This document shows, one piece after another, positions 1 through 12,974 of a stretch of 64,000 bases of DNA; positions within the stretch are counted from its first letter, which is position 1, and each line of letters begins with the position of its first letter. Under the pieces are notes generated by a model, which saw nothing but the letters and a program-made list of their open reading frames with translations, was not told the origin of the DNA and did not search any database. The stretch comes from Mobula hypostoma (taxonomy: Eukaryota). The stretch is taken from positions 69,814,001-69,878,000 of the forward strand of contig NC_086097.1 of the NCBI RefSeq assembly GCF_963921235.1, given 5' to 3'. Position numbers and translations under genes: made by a program.

Positions 1-254
1 TTTTTTTAAAATTGTACATGCTGTATTTCTATAATGTGATGTAAAGATTATTGGGTAAAATTGTTTAATGATGTCTGAGAATGGATTCATATATGAGCCA
101 TTATCTAGACTGGACTGCTTTCGCAAGTTAGAATGAATGAATCTGTGTTTAATTTGACCACCTGAACAAAGAGAGATGTAGTCATCGTACCTATTTTACA
201 CAAACGGGAATGTAAATATGTGACTGAACAGTTTGTGATGGCTTTCATTTACAG

Positions 255-395
255 GGGTAAACAGGTCAAAACTTCAGGATATGATTGCAGATCTTAGAGA
301 TGATGAGCTGCCTCACATGCCATCTGGAACCATGATTCAGTCTAGACCAATCCCTTCCAGACTGGCTGATCATGACAGCTCAAGAGCAGAAGAAG
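255..395 (+). CDS. STRN3: Striatin-3 internal exon (141 bp, phase 1-1): (R)VNRSKLQDMIADLRDDELPHMPSG...SRAEE
   Basis: tttacAG acceptor at 253-254 and GT donor at 396. The peptide matches the striatin-family linker and joins in frame with the 9169 exon. Confidence 0.9.
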
Positions 396-1629
396 GTATA
401 ACTAAAATTGTTACTGTATCTCCCTGTTCAGCTGTCAGTATTTTCTGTTGGTATCTTCTTTTCATCCCAACATAATTGTGTTGGCAAGCATATCCATCAG
501 TTCTAATGTAATACAGATAAACAACACATTTTCATTGAGAATCTGAAAAATAGGTATGTTACCCGCATCAGTTTCCTGATCTTGTAAACCTGTTTATTGC
601 ACTGACAGACATGGCTGCTTCTAACTACATTACAAAATAGAATCATAAATTTAATTCATGCTCCCCAAAGATTTTCTCAAATTTCAACCTGTTCTAATGT
701 GGAGTGGAATCAATGTTTTCACTTCATAATACAATAAGTCAGTGATGAAATCCTGTAAGAAATTGCTATTATAGAAGTGAATTTTTGTCTGGATTGTTGT
801 TAAATACAGTAGATGAATACTTTTCAAGTCTTAATTTTTTATTGTGATTTTACATTTTGAGTTTGGTAGTATGGATTTTACACCTTAATCCAGTATTTCA
901 GATAATACTTGTTGGAATGTACTCAAGTGAGTGTGGGAGCTACAATACCACTATTAAGCATCTGTTTCTTGACGTGTTGATTGAAAGATAAATATATCCT
1001 TTTACGCCATTTAGGGAACATTCCTGTAATGAAGGGGTTTGTTTATCGTAATTTACCACTTAACAATGGCTTTAACTGCCATAATAAAGAGTAAAGAATA
1101 CATTTATATGCTATCTTTCTAACGTTCTATAGTTCTATGTCAACAGTTACATTCAAGTTTTTTTGATCGCGTTAATGGAATAGAATCTTTGGTAGTTGCA
1201 GTGTATTTAAAATTAAAAATACAAGACCCTTCCCCCTTCCATCTGGCAAAAATGGTTATTAGATGAATGACTTTTAAGGTTCAGATTTTATACTTGATCT
1301 GTTTTTTGCATACTTAGTGGGAGGAGACTGACCATTTTTTGACTTCTTTCCTTCATGTTTACAGCAACTGTTCCTCCCACAATTAATTTTTGCACAATAA
1401 AGGGTTCTTTGCAAGCTTGACTCATTTGTTAATTGCGAGAAACCTGGTCTGGAAGATTTCCCTGTGCAAATCATGGAATCTTATTTCCACATGAGAGCAA
1501 ACTACCAGATTTTCATTCAAAAATTGTATTTGACCTTGTATTCACCAGTCAGCCCTTTGTAAATCCATTTGCCTTCCCAAGTATTGTTAGTAGCTAGCTC
1601 CTTGAAGAAATAAAGTCATAAACACCAGC

Positions 1630-2020
1630 TAGGACACGACCCACCCAGCCAACAGACTTTTCGTCCCTCTTCCCTCCGGGAGAAGGTTCAGGAGCTTGAA
1701 GACTCGTATGGCCAGATTTGGGAACAGCTCCTTTCCAACTGTGATAAGACTGCTGAACGGATCTTGACCTAGATCTGGGCCGTACCCTCCAAATATCCGG
1801 ACCTGCCTCTCGGATTTTTTGCACTACCTTACTTCCCATTTTTCTATTTTCTATTTATGATTTATAATTTAAATTTTTAATATTTACTAATTTTAACTAT
1901 TTTTAATATCTTTAATATTTAATATTGTAATCCAGGGAGTGTGAAGCTCAGAATCAAATATCGCTGTGATGATTGTACGTTCTAGTACCAATTGTTTGGC
2001 GACAATAAAGTATGAAGTAT
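1630..2020 (+). mobile_element. Rex1/Babar-like LINE 3' fragment
   Basis: Near-identical to about 27107-27470 (HPAN..FVPLPSGRR motif); ends in AATAAAGTATGAAGTA. Confidence 0.7.
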
Positions 2021-4449
2021 ATTGGCAACACCTCTATATTAAGTAGTATAGCTACAGAGCAGTTCTAGAAGTTAGGAATCAATAAAACTCCTTGAGGCAT
2101 TAATATTGAATTCATCCAGAAACTAAAGCTTGATACCATGGCCTATCACTCTCTTCTTTGATCATCACCATGAAATTGAAGTGTAGGGATTAATTTTGTT
2201 TCAGATATGAATGTAAAAAGACATGTCAGGAGCTGCATGCACCAACACTTGCTGTAAATGGAGCTATGAATTCCTGGATCAGGTTGAACTTATTTAGCTT
2301 GCCATCTCCTGTTGTGAATGTTGGTGGCTATTTATACAATACTAGCAAGAGCAGAAATTTTGAAAACATGACATATGATAGTGGAAAAGATAAAACTGAT
2401 GAAATTGAAACCATTTTCAGACAGCAGTGGTTTGTGCATGACCCACCTGTCTCCTCTGAATATCCATCATAAAAAAAGGTTGTGGTCCAAGAAAGAGGCT
2501 TGCCATCACTTTTGTAAGGACAATGATAGAAAATGCTTAAATCACTTAAGTAAATTGAAAATAGTCATTTACATCCTGCAGTGAGACTTGAGTCATTAAG
2601 TTTTCAAATATAAGAGTTGTGCAGCCATGACTTAAACTTTATATTTTATTCACATGTTCTTTTTTACCTTGGAAATTTTAATAGTACTTTGTTACAAATG
2701 TCCCTATACCATTTAATTAAATAGCCATACAGCTTCCAGTAAATTTTAACAGAATGTAAAAAGGAAGTTATTAATCTATGGGCAAAAATTCCAGGACTGG
2801 CTTTTAAATATGCTTATGTATTTTAGTCATTGTTTGTGATCTGATCTGACGAACCACCTACTTTTTCGGATTATTGTTCTTGTAGTAAAGAAATGATATT
2901 AATTTTCAAGGTAGCGATTTAATTAGATTTCCACCATATGCGTTGCTTTTTCTATTTCTGGAAGAGCTCTCTTTATATATCAGTTACACTTAGGCAGTAC
3001 TATTATGCAGATTATGCAGTACTTTCATAAGTCCATTAATAAGTATGTTCATTACTACATTAATAACTATTCATTTGTACTGCATAATCTCAACATGTGT
3101 GATGGAGACACAATCAAAAATTTTGTGTCTCAATCATGCAAATTATTCATTATAATATCCTTGAGAACATAGTATATGTCTTATGGGACTTAATTCGGAA
3201 GCTTTTGTATATTTTAATAATGTTCTTGTTGGAATTTGTTTTAAGCAATATATTCTTCTGGTCAATAGCTTACTGGAAGCTGAACTAAGTATAACTGATT
3301 TCATTGTGGATACAATTTTAATTGAGTACTTACATTTTTACTGATTGTGAAATTTGATTGAACTATCATATTACATACTGAATAATGGGGAAAAAAACAA
3401 CATACACAAAATACATGAAATAAGTGGCATTTCTATAATATAATATTTCATAACTTTCAATAGTTCTTGCTTTGACACTTCGACACTATTGCTATATAGA
3501 CAGTTCAGAAGCCAATATTTCTCTAATAAAATTGTGACTTTCTTGTTAATTCTAAGTTTGTAAGACCTATCTTAAGGTTGAGGTTCACAGCCACTGGGAT
3601 TTTTAAATTAATACTCCAGATTGTAAGACCATTTAAGGTGTACCAAGCAGGCTCAATTGTGCATATTTCTCTGTCAGTGCTTTACTCAAGCTGAAATTCA
3701 GGTACTTATTTATAATTTTTAACATGTCTTGCATTTTGCCTATAAAGGTTAATTCTTTTTTTTGGAATATGGTCCTGTGTAGATTTCTGGAAAATTAATC
3801 AACACTAGCTAGTTTTAATTTTGAGTTTTACAATCCCTCTTCTAATTTTTCCATGTAAACTTTTCTTTTCCAATTTTCTCTTTTCATGTCCAGATCTCTT
3901 TTTGTTGGCGTTGGTAAAATATCAAGAATCTGACCCAAGTGGTCATTGTTTTGTGCATTTTCAGATATCATAAATTTTAGATGCCATTTTGAAAACACCC
4001 TTTTCTCTGGGTTGGTATTATTGATTGCTCCCGTGCATTGACCTTATGTCACTTCGGATTAATATTTCTCAACTAATCATGCCAATGTGTTACACAGGAA
4101 GTACTGTATAACAATAAAGCATCTTGTGTGCATTGAAGACTGTAATCTTGCTTGTGTATTTGTCCTAGGTTCTAGAAGATGGACTGAAACTGCAATAAGT
4201 TGAGGATAATTGAAAGCCAAGAAACTAACTAATTTTGTATTTTAAAGGACTGAATGGAATACAGTTATTATAATTCAGTGTGATTATTATAAAATGGAGA
4301 ATAAAAGGAAACTCAACCTTTCACGTGGTCAAATTTCAATTGTAATTTACTGTTTGCAGAATACTTTATACTTTTAAAGAGGGAGATTTCTTTTGTGTTT
4401 ACTATAGGTTTCATAGTTCAAAGTAAATTTATTATTAGAGTTCTTGTAT

Positions 4450-4830
4450 GTCACCATATAGATCTGAGATTCATTTTCATGCGGGCATACTCAAATCCGG
4501 AATAGAATAATAACCATAATAGAATCGAAGAAAGATTGTACCAATCTAAGTGTTCAACCACTGTCCAAAAGAGAACAAGCTGTGCAAATCCAAAAAGAAA
4601 GAAATAATAATAATAAATATGCCATAAATATTGAGAACATAAGATGAAGCGTCCTTGAAAGTGAGTCCAAAAGTTGTGGGAAAATTTCAATGATGGGGCA
4701 AGTGAAGTTGAGTGTAATTATCCCCTTTGGTTCAAGAGCCTGATGGTTGAGGAGGAATAACTGTTCATGAACCTGTTGATATGAATCCTGAGACCCTGTA
4801 CATTATTCCTGAGCAGCTAGAAGAGAGCAT
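4450..4830 (-). mobile_element. Old Rex/Babar-like LINE 3' remnant
   Basis: Reverse complement resembles the Rex-type 3' region at about 41760-42090 (aacagttatt..ccatcaggc, aacttcacttgccc). Confidence 0.5.
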
Positions 4831-6779
4831 GTTCCAATGTGAAAGAAAACCAAAACAACTTGGCATTGTGACATTGAGGATTAGCTTGTTGAATTCAATG
4901 AGCAGATTTTCTGGAGCCCTACTTGGCATAGGCCATTAGGCTAAACTGAATGATGCCACTTTAACTTTGTGTGAATGAACAAACTCTTTATAGACAAGTT
5001 AAAACTCTATAAAGCACTAGTTAGCCAACTCGTAGAGCAGTCTGGACAATTGTTTTCATTGTATTGTAGGGTGATTAATTACACTGGAGAGAGAACAAGA
5101 AATTTTGAACAATGTTGCCAAGACTGAAGTACTTTTGCTGAAAGGAGTCAGTGATTGGTGTTATTTCCTTCTGAACAGAAAGGCTGAGGAGAGATTTGAT
5201 TCTATGTAAAGTAATGAATAAAAAGAACCTAGTAGTAATAGGGAATAGGTGTATGATTATTGATTGGATGAGAAGAGAGCTGAGAAATCTGTTCAAAAGA
5301 TGATGGTGTGATCTCCCGAAAGGAACACTAGAGGCAGCAAACAGCACTGCCTATTAAAAACTATTGCTTTGCTTTTGAAGTGCCAAAACTTAATGAATTA
5401 GATTGTTGGATTAGTCTGAATAGCTCTTTTTTAGCCACCAAGACAAGATAAGCCAAGGGGCCTTTTATACTACTTTGAACAGCCGCTTGTTCTAGTTTCA
5501 ATCAATGTACCTACTTCCAGTTAATGTTTCACTTGTTTTATAAGGTACCTTGCATGTTTTGTGGATTTAATCCCTTGTTTGTTATTTTTACAAAATATGT
5601 AATGGCAATTGTTTGATATAATTTTTTATTGAATAAATATTCAAAAAATTTGAAAAATGATTATTTGTCTGCAAGAACTTGATGGTATTCTTGTCAATCA
5701 CTTTCATTTACTTTCCAGTAGGCATCATTTGAAAATTATTAGACGATAAGTAAATAAAAGCTATCTAATTAGAAGAATTCTCTGTCATTTTTGCTGAGTT
5801 TAATTGCTCATGTAGCTGACATCCACAGAAGTTAAGATTCAATCCGGGACTTTTGTAGTTCTGCATGTTAATGTGGCTGTGAGAATTGCTTTCACATTCA
5901 AGATCATAGCAGAATCATTAAAGGTTTTACGAAAGAACATCAAGCATTTCTGAGAGGTCACAAATTGTATTGTTATATCTTGTTAAGTTGCCACACTGCA
6001 AAGATTTTACAACTGTCCTTCATATGCTTGAGCAGATCAGCTCCTCATTGCATTCTATACTTGAGTTATTGGGACTGACTGAATTTTGATTTTCTGCTTG
6101 ACTAAATTGAAAAAATGAACTATCAGTATGTATATATTGAAACAGTTACTAAGTTTGAGTGCATTTGGAAATTGCTGATTTTAAAAGCAAACTTTGTATC
6201 GGCATGAGCCTTATGCGTGATTCTTTCTATTAAGCTGCCCTTTAAGCTTTGAGCATATTTATTGAGCTTTAAAGAGACTGACACTAGATCAAAACCTAAG
6301 CAAAAAATAAATAATGCTTGTTGGATCATAATTCTGAATTGTCCTCCAAACTTGGCCAACCTTTGAATTTAACAAATAGGTTTTACCAAACATGTTGGAC
6401 ATCTCACGTCATAATATTTGTAGTGGAAGCAAGAAAAGAAATGTATATCCTGGTATCTCCATGCCTAGAATATAAACTTCATTTGCATTGGCCTTGCTGT
6501 CACTGAAGTGAATATCACATTTTTTTTGGTTTTGAAGAATGTGGTTAATGAGTGGGCATGGTGCTCACATCTAAGTATAATGTTAAAACTTTTTCCTTCA
6601 AGTTATGAATAGAATCAGTGGACTGCAAAATGTTTGTATTTCCAAGTCCATATTCTACTTTAAGTATGTAACCTTGAAACTATAAGCCTATTGCTTTGAA
6701 CTGGAAATTCTGGAAATTGCTTTACAGATGTGGCAGGAAAGATTGATTAGAATTGCTCCCAAAAAAATGGATTTCATTT

Positions 6780-7160
6780 GCAATGTAAGGCTCGTAAAGA
6801 AGAGTTGTTTTCCTTGGAATAAAGAAAGTTGAGAAGAGATTTGATAGAGGTGCTTAAAATCATGACAGGTTTAGATAGGTTAGATAGAGAGAAGCTGTTC
6901 CCATTAGTAGATGGTTCCAGATCCAGGAGCCCATGTGCCAAACATACAATGAGGTAAACTGATGAGGAGAGTGATTATGTTCTGGAGCTTGCGGCCTTTT
7001 AGGTTGGTGGAAATTATGATATCAGAGCTGTCAAGATAAATTGGATGAGCACTTGAGGGAAAATAGCAAGAGGGGAGGAATGGGACTGAAATGTACACTA
7101 AACAACTGATGCGGGCTGGATTAACTAAATAGCTTACTCCTTTGCCACACCAATTCACTA
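6780..7160 (+). mobile_element. Degenerate CR1 3' remnant
   Basis: 'agagatttgatagaggtgcttaaaatcatgacaggtttagatagg' matches the CR1 RT C-terminus (DLIEVxKIMxGxDR). Confidence 0.5.
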
Positions 7161-8908
7161 ATTGTATTCTGTTTACCAAATAACAAAATCAAGCTAATCA
7201 ATTTGCTGCTTGGTTTTGTACGTTTATCTGAAGTAGACTTTTAAAGGCCACTTGCAAATGCTGCTAATTTTAAGATTTGTAGTAAAAATATTTTTTGTGA
7301 CATTCAAAGCACTGTACTCTACTGGGTGGAACTACCAAAATCAATAAAGCAATTTAAGAGTGGAAAATTAAGATTATGGAGGAGCATGATATAATTTGTT
7401 ACTTACAATTAATGATACAAATGATGCACTGTATATCCCATTAAAAATTGTTTGAATATGTTAAAATTGTTTTCCAAACCTGTGAAACCTGTGTAATCGT
7501 GGAGACTACTTCCAGACCATATTTTGCTTCTGAATTTGATACTCTACCTTTGTGTATGTATCCCCATTGTTAATTCTTAAAAAAATGGTATTTCTCTGAT
7601 ACGCAAGTATGAATCTCTCCAGTGTTTTGAGCAGCAAATCACTGTAATTGAAAACGACATTTAATGTATTTTGCATTGTTGGCGATGCCTCTTATATAGA
7701 GCAGAGAACATAGAATATTTGGGAAAGACATCTGAGCAAAAGTTGCTCTGGAGCAACAGAAGAACTGAAACATTTTTTGTATGATTGAGTTAATCTCTTA
7801 TCTTTGTAAAATTTAAGGAGTTAAGAATGCTCATGGTATTTACTCAAATAACCTCTTCTAGAAGGATGTTTCTTGGCTTCTGACTTGCTTCATAACTGAT
7901 ATTTAGAATGTGATGAAAATGATCTTGGTTTATTTGTTTTTTGATTTGTTTTACTTTGTTTTCTCCTGTCAGATGGAGTATGTATTTTCTGCTAAGAAAT
8001 CCTTTCTGTTGCTCCCTATTTCACTTACCTACTTTAGTCCACAGACAACATAACAGCAATAATTATGAAGAAATGGTGAAACTCAGACATTCACTTTGGT
8101 AGATATTGTACTGTGTCCTGGCTGTTCAATATAATAATTACTTGTCAAACTGAAGAGCATGGTTACATTTAATATGTATTCAGCTATGTCAAACATAGAA
8201 ATAGATAACCTGATAGCACCTGAGAAGGCAAGGATGTTCCTAAAGACTGCACTTTCCTTATTTGCGTTTGAGGATATGTTTCACAGTAGATTACCAGTGT
8301 TTCTTCACTCACTTGATTTTAAGCATTGCCCCAGTCATTGTGTGTGTTGAATGGCTGGTTTTTCAAAGTGAATACATTTGCTGCATGCAAGGTCTGCATG
8401 AGTAGTAGTGTTTCAATTAAAATTTCAGGCTTTTGTGCTTTTTCATAGTTTCACATTTGATTTCATCATTAGTTTTGCCTTGGTTTCTGGTTTTCTTAAA
8501 CTTGGACATTTTCATTTCACTCTATTGGTTTTATGTTTGAGTTAAATTAAAAATTAAGCATGGAGTGGCTTCATGTATGATAATCATGAGAAGCAGCAAC
8601 ATTTTTGGAACCAGTAGCATCCTTGAGTGCAACAGTGTATTCTCAGAGAAGCAAGAGAGAATGCTTAAGTCTAGTCTTTTTTAAAAAAAAACAGGAAGCC
8701 AGGATAAAAACACATAATTTGAATGATTTTTTTTCTACTTTACTATCTTGTATACAATAATGTACAAGTAGAATACAACTTTTTGTCTTATTTGCTGTCC
8801 AAGTTAGTTCCTCCCAGCAGTATTTAAAATCTTGGAGTTTTTTTGATGTAATGACTCATTTTGTGAATTTTTTTCCCAATTTTTCTTTTCTTGTTTCCCC
8901 TCTCCAAG

Positions 8909-8947
8909 ATAAGAATAGGATACTATACTTCTACAAACTTGGCTCTG
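8909..8947 (+). CDS. Candidate alternative 39-nt cassette exon of STRN3 (DKNRILYFYKLGS)
   Basis: Long polypyrimidine tract plus AG at 8907-8908; CTG|GTATGT donor; phase 1-1; stop-free in the STRN3 frame; TGCATG at 8988. Confidence 0.5.
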
Positions 8948-9168
8948 GTATGTGTACTAGATAGATCATTGTGAAGTATCTGGACTTTGCATGGCAAGCT
9001 TAAAATAATGATACTTCGCAGGTGTATTTCGAAGACCGTTTGACCATTGAGAAATTACGGTTATTAAAACAGACTAGTTTTTAAAAAAATAAAAAAACAT
9101 GATAATATTGTAATCTTTTTACTTTTCTAATTTACTTATTTGACATGAAATATTTTTTCCCAAAACAG

Positions 9169-9302
9169 CTGAGCCACTTACATTTCCATCTGGAACTGGA
9201 AAATCATTTATTATGGGTCCAGATGATGTGCTGGAAAGTTTTTTGGGCCTTGGTGACCTTGCAGACTTGACAGTAGCAAATGATGCAGACTTCAGTTATG
9301 AT
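9169..9302 (+). CDS. STRN3: Striatin-3 exon (134 bp): (A)EPLTFPSGTGKSFIMGPDDVLESFLGLGDLADLTVANDADFSYD
   Basis: aaacAG acceptor and GTAAGT donor; missed by the ORF track; peptide is typical of STRN3. Confidence 0.93.
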
Positions 9303-10324
9303 GTAAGTATATTGGTTATAGTTCTTTTAAAGTGGTAAGTTTATTTGCAGTTGAATAAATGAATGTTGTAGAGCAATAAGCTGAAGGACAGTTCATTTCC
9401 AGACTGATAGAAAAAGCATTATTATACTTAACATTTATGATCTAATTCTGACAGTCAATGCTAATATAGGTGCTGTTTCTGAAAGTTCATCAAAAGATCT
9501 GGCAGTTTTCCTATTTTGACTTTTGTCCATAGTCAGTTCAATGCGATTCTTGGAAATCATCAATGGCAAGGCCACTGGGTGTCCTATCACCAGTCATACA
9601 GAAAATCTCTGAGCAAACAAGGAAAATAAAAAATGTTTGATTTTAAATTTTTTAAGAGTACATAATGAAGATAAAAATGGCATGCAAAATTAAGTAGCTG
9701 AAATATTGAATGTTTGGAATCTACTTCTAAATGCATTGTATTTTGAAACATTTTTGAGTTAATTTATTCTGCATAGCTAAAATTTGGATTTTAGGGCCAG
9801 GTGGTTGTTGTACAGTAATTGTGGCAGATTTGCAGTTTTAAGAATTTGATTAACTCATGTAGATGGGCATTGGGAACATACATGAATTAGAACTAGGAGC
9901 AGGATATTTGCGTGTGAGCCTGTTCTAATATTTATTCCAATCATGGCTGATCATCTTTTGTCTGCATTTCTGCACCCCCTTGACCATTATCTCTGCCTTA
10001 AACCTGTTCCAAACCCAGTACAAACAGATACATTTGCCTCAGTGTACATATACATAGCAGGTGTGTCTAAGACAGACGTTGGCAAGTTTTTTTGTATTTC
10101 ATTCTGCACTGCTTCCAAATTGGGTAAATACTAAGTTAGGGTCATGTGTAATTCTACCCATGTAATACCTTCCATTTATCAACATTAAATATGTTGTGAA
10201 AGGTTTTTTGAGCAATATTATGTGATAAATACACATGCCATTCCTGTTATAAAGTTTTTCCCTCAGTCATTTTAGTTTGCTTAAGAAAATTATTATATGG
10301 CTAAATATAATATCCTATTGGTAC

Positions 10325-10600
10325 CATGGTGGTGTATTGATTAACGCAACGCTATTCCAGCTGGGAGTTCAATTCAGGCTTCATTCTTTAAGGAGTCTCT
10401 GTACATCCTTCCTGTGGAATGCCTGGGTTTTCTCTAGGTCGTTCGGTTTCTTCCCACAGTTCAAAGACATACTGGGTAGGTTAATTAGTCATTGTAAATT
10501 GTCCCATGATTAGGTTAGGGTTTATCGAGCATCGCTGGAGAGTCACAGCTCAAAAGGCCGGAAGGACCTACTCTGCTGTATCACTAAGTAAATAAAAATG
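10325..10600 (+). mobile_element. tRNA-derived V-SINE-like element
   Basis: B-box-like GAGTTCAATTC, then a V-domain-like 'tgggttttctct..gtttcttcccacagttcaaagacat..ggttaatt..tgtaaattgtccc'. Confidence 0.6.
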
Positions 10601-11036
10601 TAAATCAAATATTATATCCAGTTTACCACCTGGATGTTCTGAGGGCAGATGACTGTATTGTAAGTGAAATTGAATTCAATAAATGTATTACTTTTTGCGT
10701 TTTCAGAAGGCGTACCAATGAAATTTGTCAGATAGTTGAAAAAACTTCCAAGTGTTTCACTCAGGTTCTTTGTGTATTACAAACTACTATCCCTACTCAA
10801 TGTGGTTACACCTGATATCATCCAACAATATATATAGCTTACTCTTCATGTTCTTTGAAATTTTAAGTAAGTTAAGTGGTTGTGAAAGCAAACAAAAACC
10901 TAATCAACTGCTCGGGCAATACTGAAAAGGTGGTAATTAACTGTAGTGAATGCATGATAAAAGCAAATTAAGAAGATAAAGTTCCATTATGTGGCAGTCG
11001 GGAAATCTGCACGTCTTGTAAATCAGATGTTACAAC

Positions 11037-11298
11037 CAACACACATCAAAGTTGCTGGTGAATGCAGCAGGCCAGGCAGCATCTCTAGGAAGAGGTGCAG
11101 TCGACGTTTCGGGCCGAGACCCTTCGTCAGGACTAACTGAAGGAAGAGCTAGTAAGAGATAGTCCTGACAAAGGGTCTCGGCCCGAAACGTCGACTGTCC
11201 CTCTTCCTAGAGATGCTGCCTGGCCGGCTGCGTTCACCAGCAACTTTGATGTGTGTTGCTTGAATTTCCAGCATCTGCAGAATTCCTCATGTTCGCGC
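11037..11298 (+). mobile_element. Short Penelope-like fold-back insertion
   Basis: 99-bp inverted arms (11037-11135 / 11160-11258), 40-nt one-sided tail, TSD ATGTTACAAC (11027-11036 / 11299-11308); homologous to the ends of 38308-40623. Confidence 0.88.
11098..11135 (-). ncRNA. Minimal type I hammerhead ribozyme motif
   Basis: UAGUC-CUGACGA-A-GGGUCUCGGCCC-GAAAC-GUC^GACUG; stems I and II pair. Confidence 0.75.
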
Positions 11299-12299
11299 AT
11301 GTTACAACTGTGTGTTTTGTCTTACTGATTCAAGTAGACAAGAGAAAATCATTGCTATCCTTTAAGCAAATGCTGATTAATCCTTTGCAGCCAATATTTA
11401 TTCTATTCTACCATGGCTGAGTAGTTCAATTTGCTTTTGAAATCAATGCTGTTTGTGTGGTTTTATTGCACACCAAAGATTTAATATCTACCAGTGACTA
11501 TAATTCAGGATAGTCTATTGGCATTGAATTGCTTTGGGCTGTCCTAAAGTTATGAATATTGCTTTGGATACAAATTATATCTGGTATTCATTTGCTGCTG
11601 AATCTCCACGTTGTATGGGGATTATCTGCAAAATCGACACTTCAGTACATCATAGAATAAAAGGATTAATTTTTGTGTCAACTGTTAATCTTTCATTCTC
11701 TTCCATCCCTTTCGACAATAAAATCTGTCTGAGGATACAGTTGATAATGCGTTTATCAACATGTGTTCATTTAGAAGATTTTACTATAGCAGTTGAAAGT
11801 ATAAAATTCATAATTTGGTGATTGATGGATTAATAACTAGGTCTTTAATTTGAAATGAGTGGAATTTATTTGCATGAAGATATTAGGAATGCACTTATCC
11901 TTTATAATGGCATTTTGATTTGTATTTCAGCAAAGTTATCAGTGAATACCAAAAATTGTAAAAGTTTTAATAACTTGTTTTGCAAAATCTATTATCAGAT
12001 GGTGAAATATACATCAATGATTGATGCTGAACCTTTGATTTTTATTTTCTTGTATTGCAAGAGTATGGTAAAGTCATACCTGCAAGTCCTGGGTATGTAA
12101 AATTGAAGTACTTAGAAGATATCAGAACTGTTCATACTTTGTGTAGATAAATAAGATTAACATAGATGGTATCATGTTGTGTTGAAAAGAACCATTTTGG
12201 TTCTGTGTGATTCTTTGCTGCCAAGGACTGTTTGTGTTTCAGATGCTCCAATGTGACATGGGGCTGGATTGTATAAGACAAGGAAATTAAGATCTTAGG

Positions 12300-12520
12300 A
12301 TCACAAAACTACTAACTCTCAAGCCCCCACTGAAACTAATCCTAAACTTAATCCCATCAATTTCTCCAGATTCTGCCACTCACTGAGGCAGATCATAGTG
12401 GCGAATTAGCTTACATCGTGCATTTTTAGAAAGTGGCCGGAAAGTAGAGGAAACCCATTTAGCCACAAGAAGATTGTACCAACTCCACACAGCATGGTAG
12501 ATTATAATTGAGCCTGAGTC
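12300..12520 (-). mobile_element. Degenerate V-SINE-like remnant
   Basis: 'gtggccggaaagtagaggaaacccat...acaagaagattgtaccaactccacacag' resembles the reverse V-SINE body. Confidence 0.4.
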
Positions 12521-12974
12521 ACTGGAGCTGGTAGCTGTAAAAATGAAATATAGAATCAAGGATGAAATCACAGTTAATTTTTTTCACGTTTTTCCAGTGG
12601 GTGCTGACTGCTTCTTTGTCCTTGATAATTTTTCCTTTTGGCTTTGACTGGGTGTACCCTTGGCTCCTTAAGTTGTTAGTTGTCGTGACAGTGCTGAATA
12701 ATCTTTGCATGCAATGGACCTCATCGCTCTTTCCACCCACCATCAGTTCTAGGGGTCACAGTTTGAGACATCAAAGACAAGAACCATTGCATTTGTGGTC
12801 AGTAAGCTTCTGGCTCTCATGGAGATTTGTCTCAGCCCAATCTTGACGTTTTCTAGTAGAGAAGTAAGAGTCTCTACAATGGACATCAAGCAATCTATAT
12901 GTCCATTCTGTGGCTCTTCTAGATTGTGGGTTGTCATATTGCATGTGAGGTGGCATTTGAGAAGACATTTCTTT

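Noticed and set aside
396..475. C-terminal part of ORF 281-475
   Set aside because: Read-through past the exon donor into intron sequence.
7940..7983. Strong acceptor at 7972 with a possible 5-nt microexon (ATGGA|GTATGT)
   Set aside because: It would shift the frame, and the longer reading stops within 8 codons; no other support.
11037..11298. Fold-back elements as DNA-transposon MITEs or miRNA genes
   Set aside because: Asymmetric tail, long variable TSDs and homology to an RT/GIY-YIG element indicate a PLE origin.
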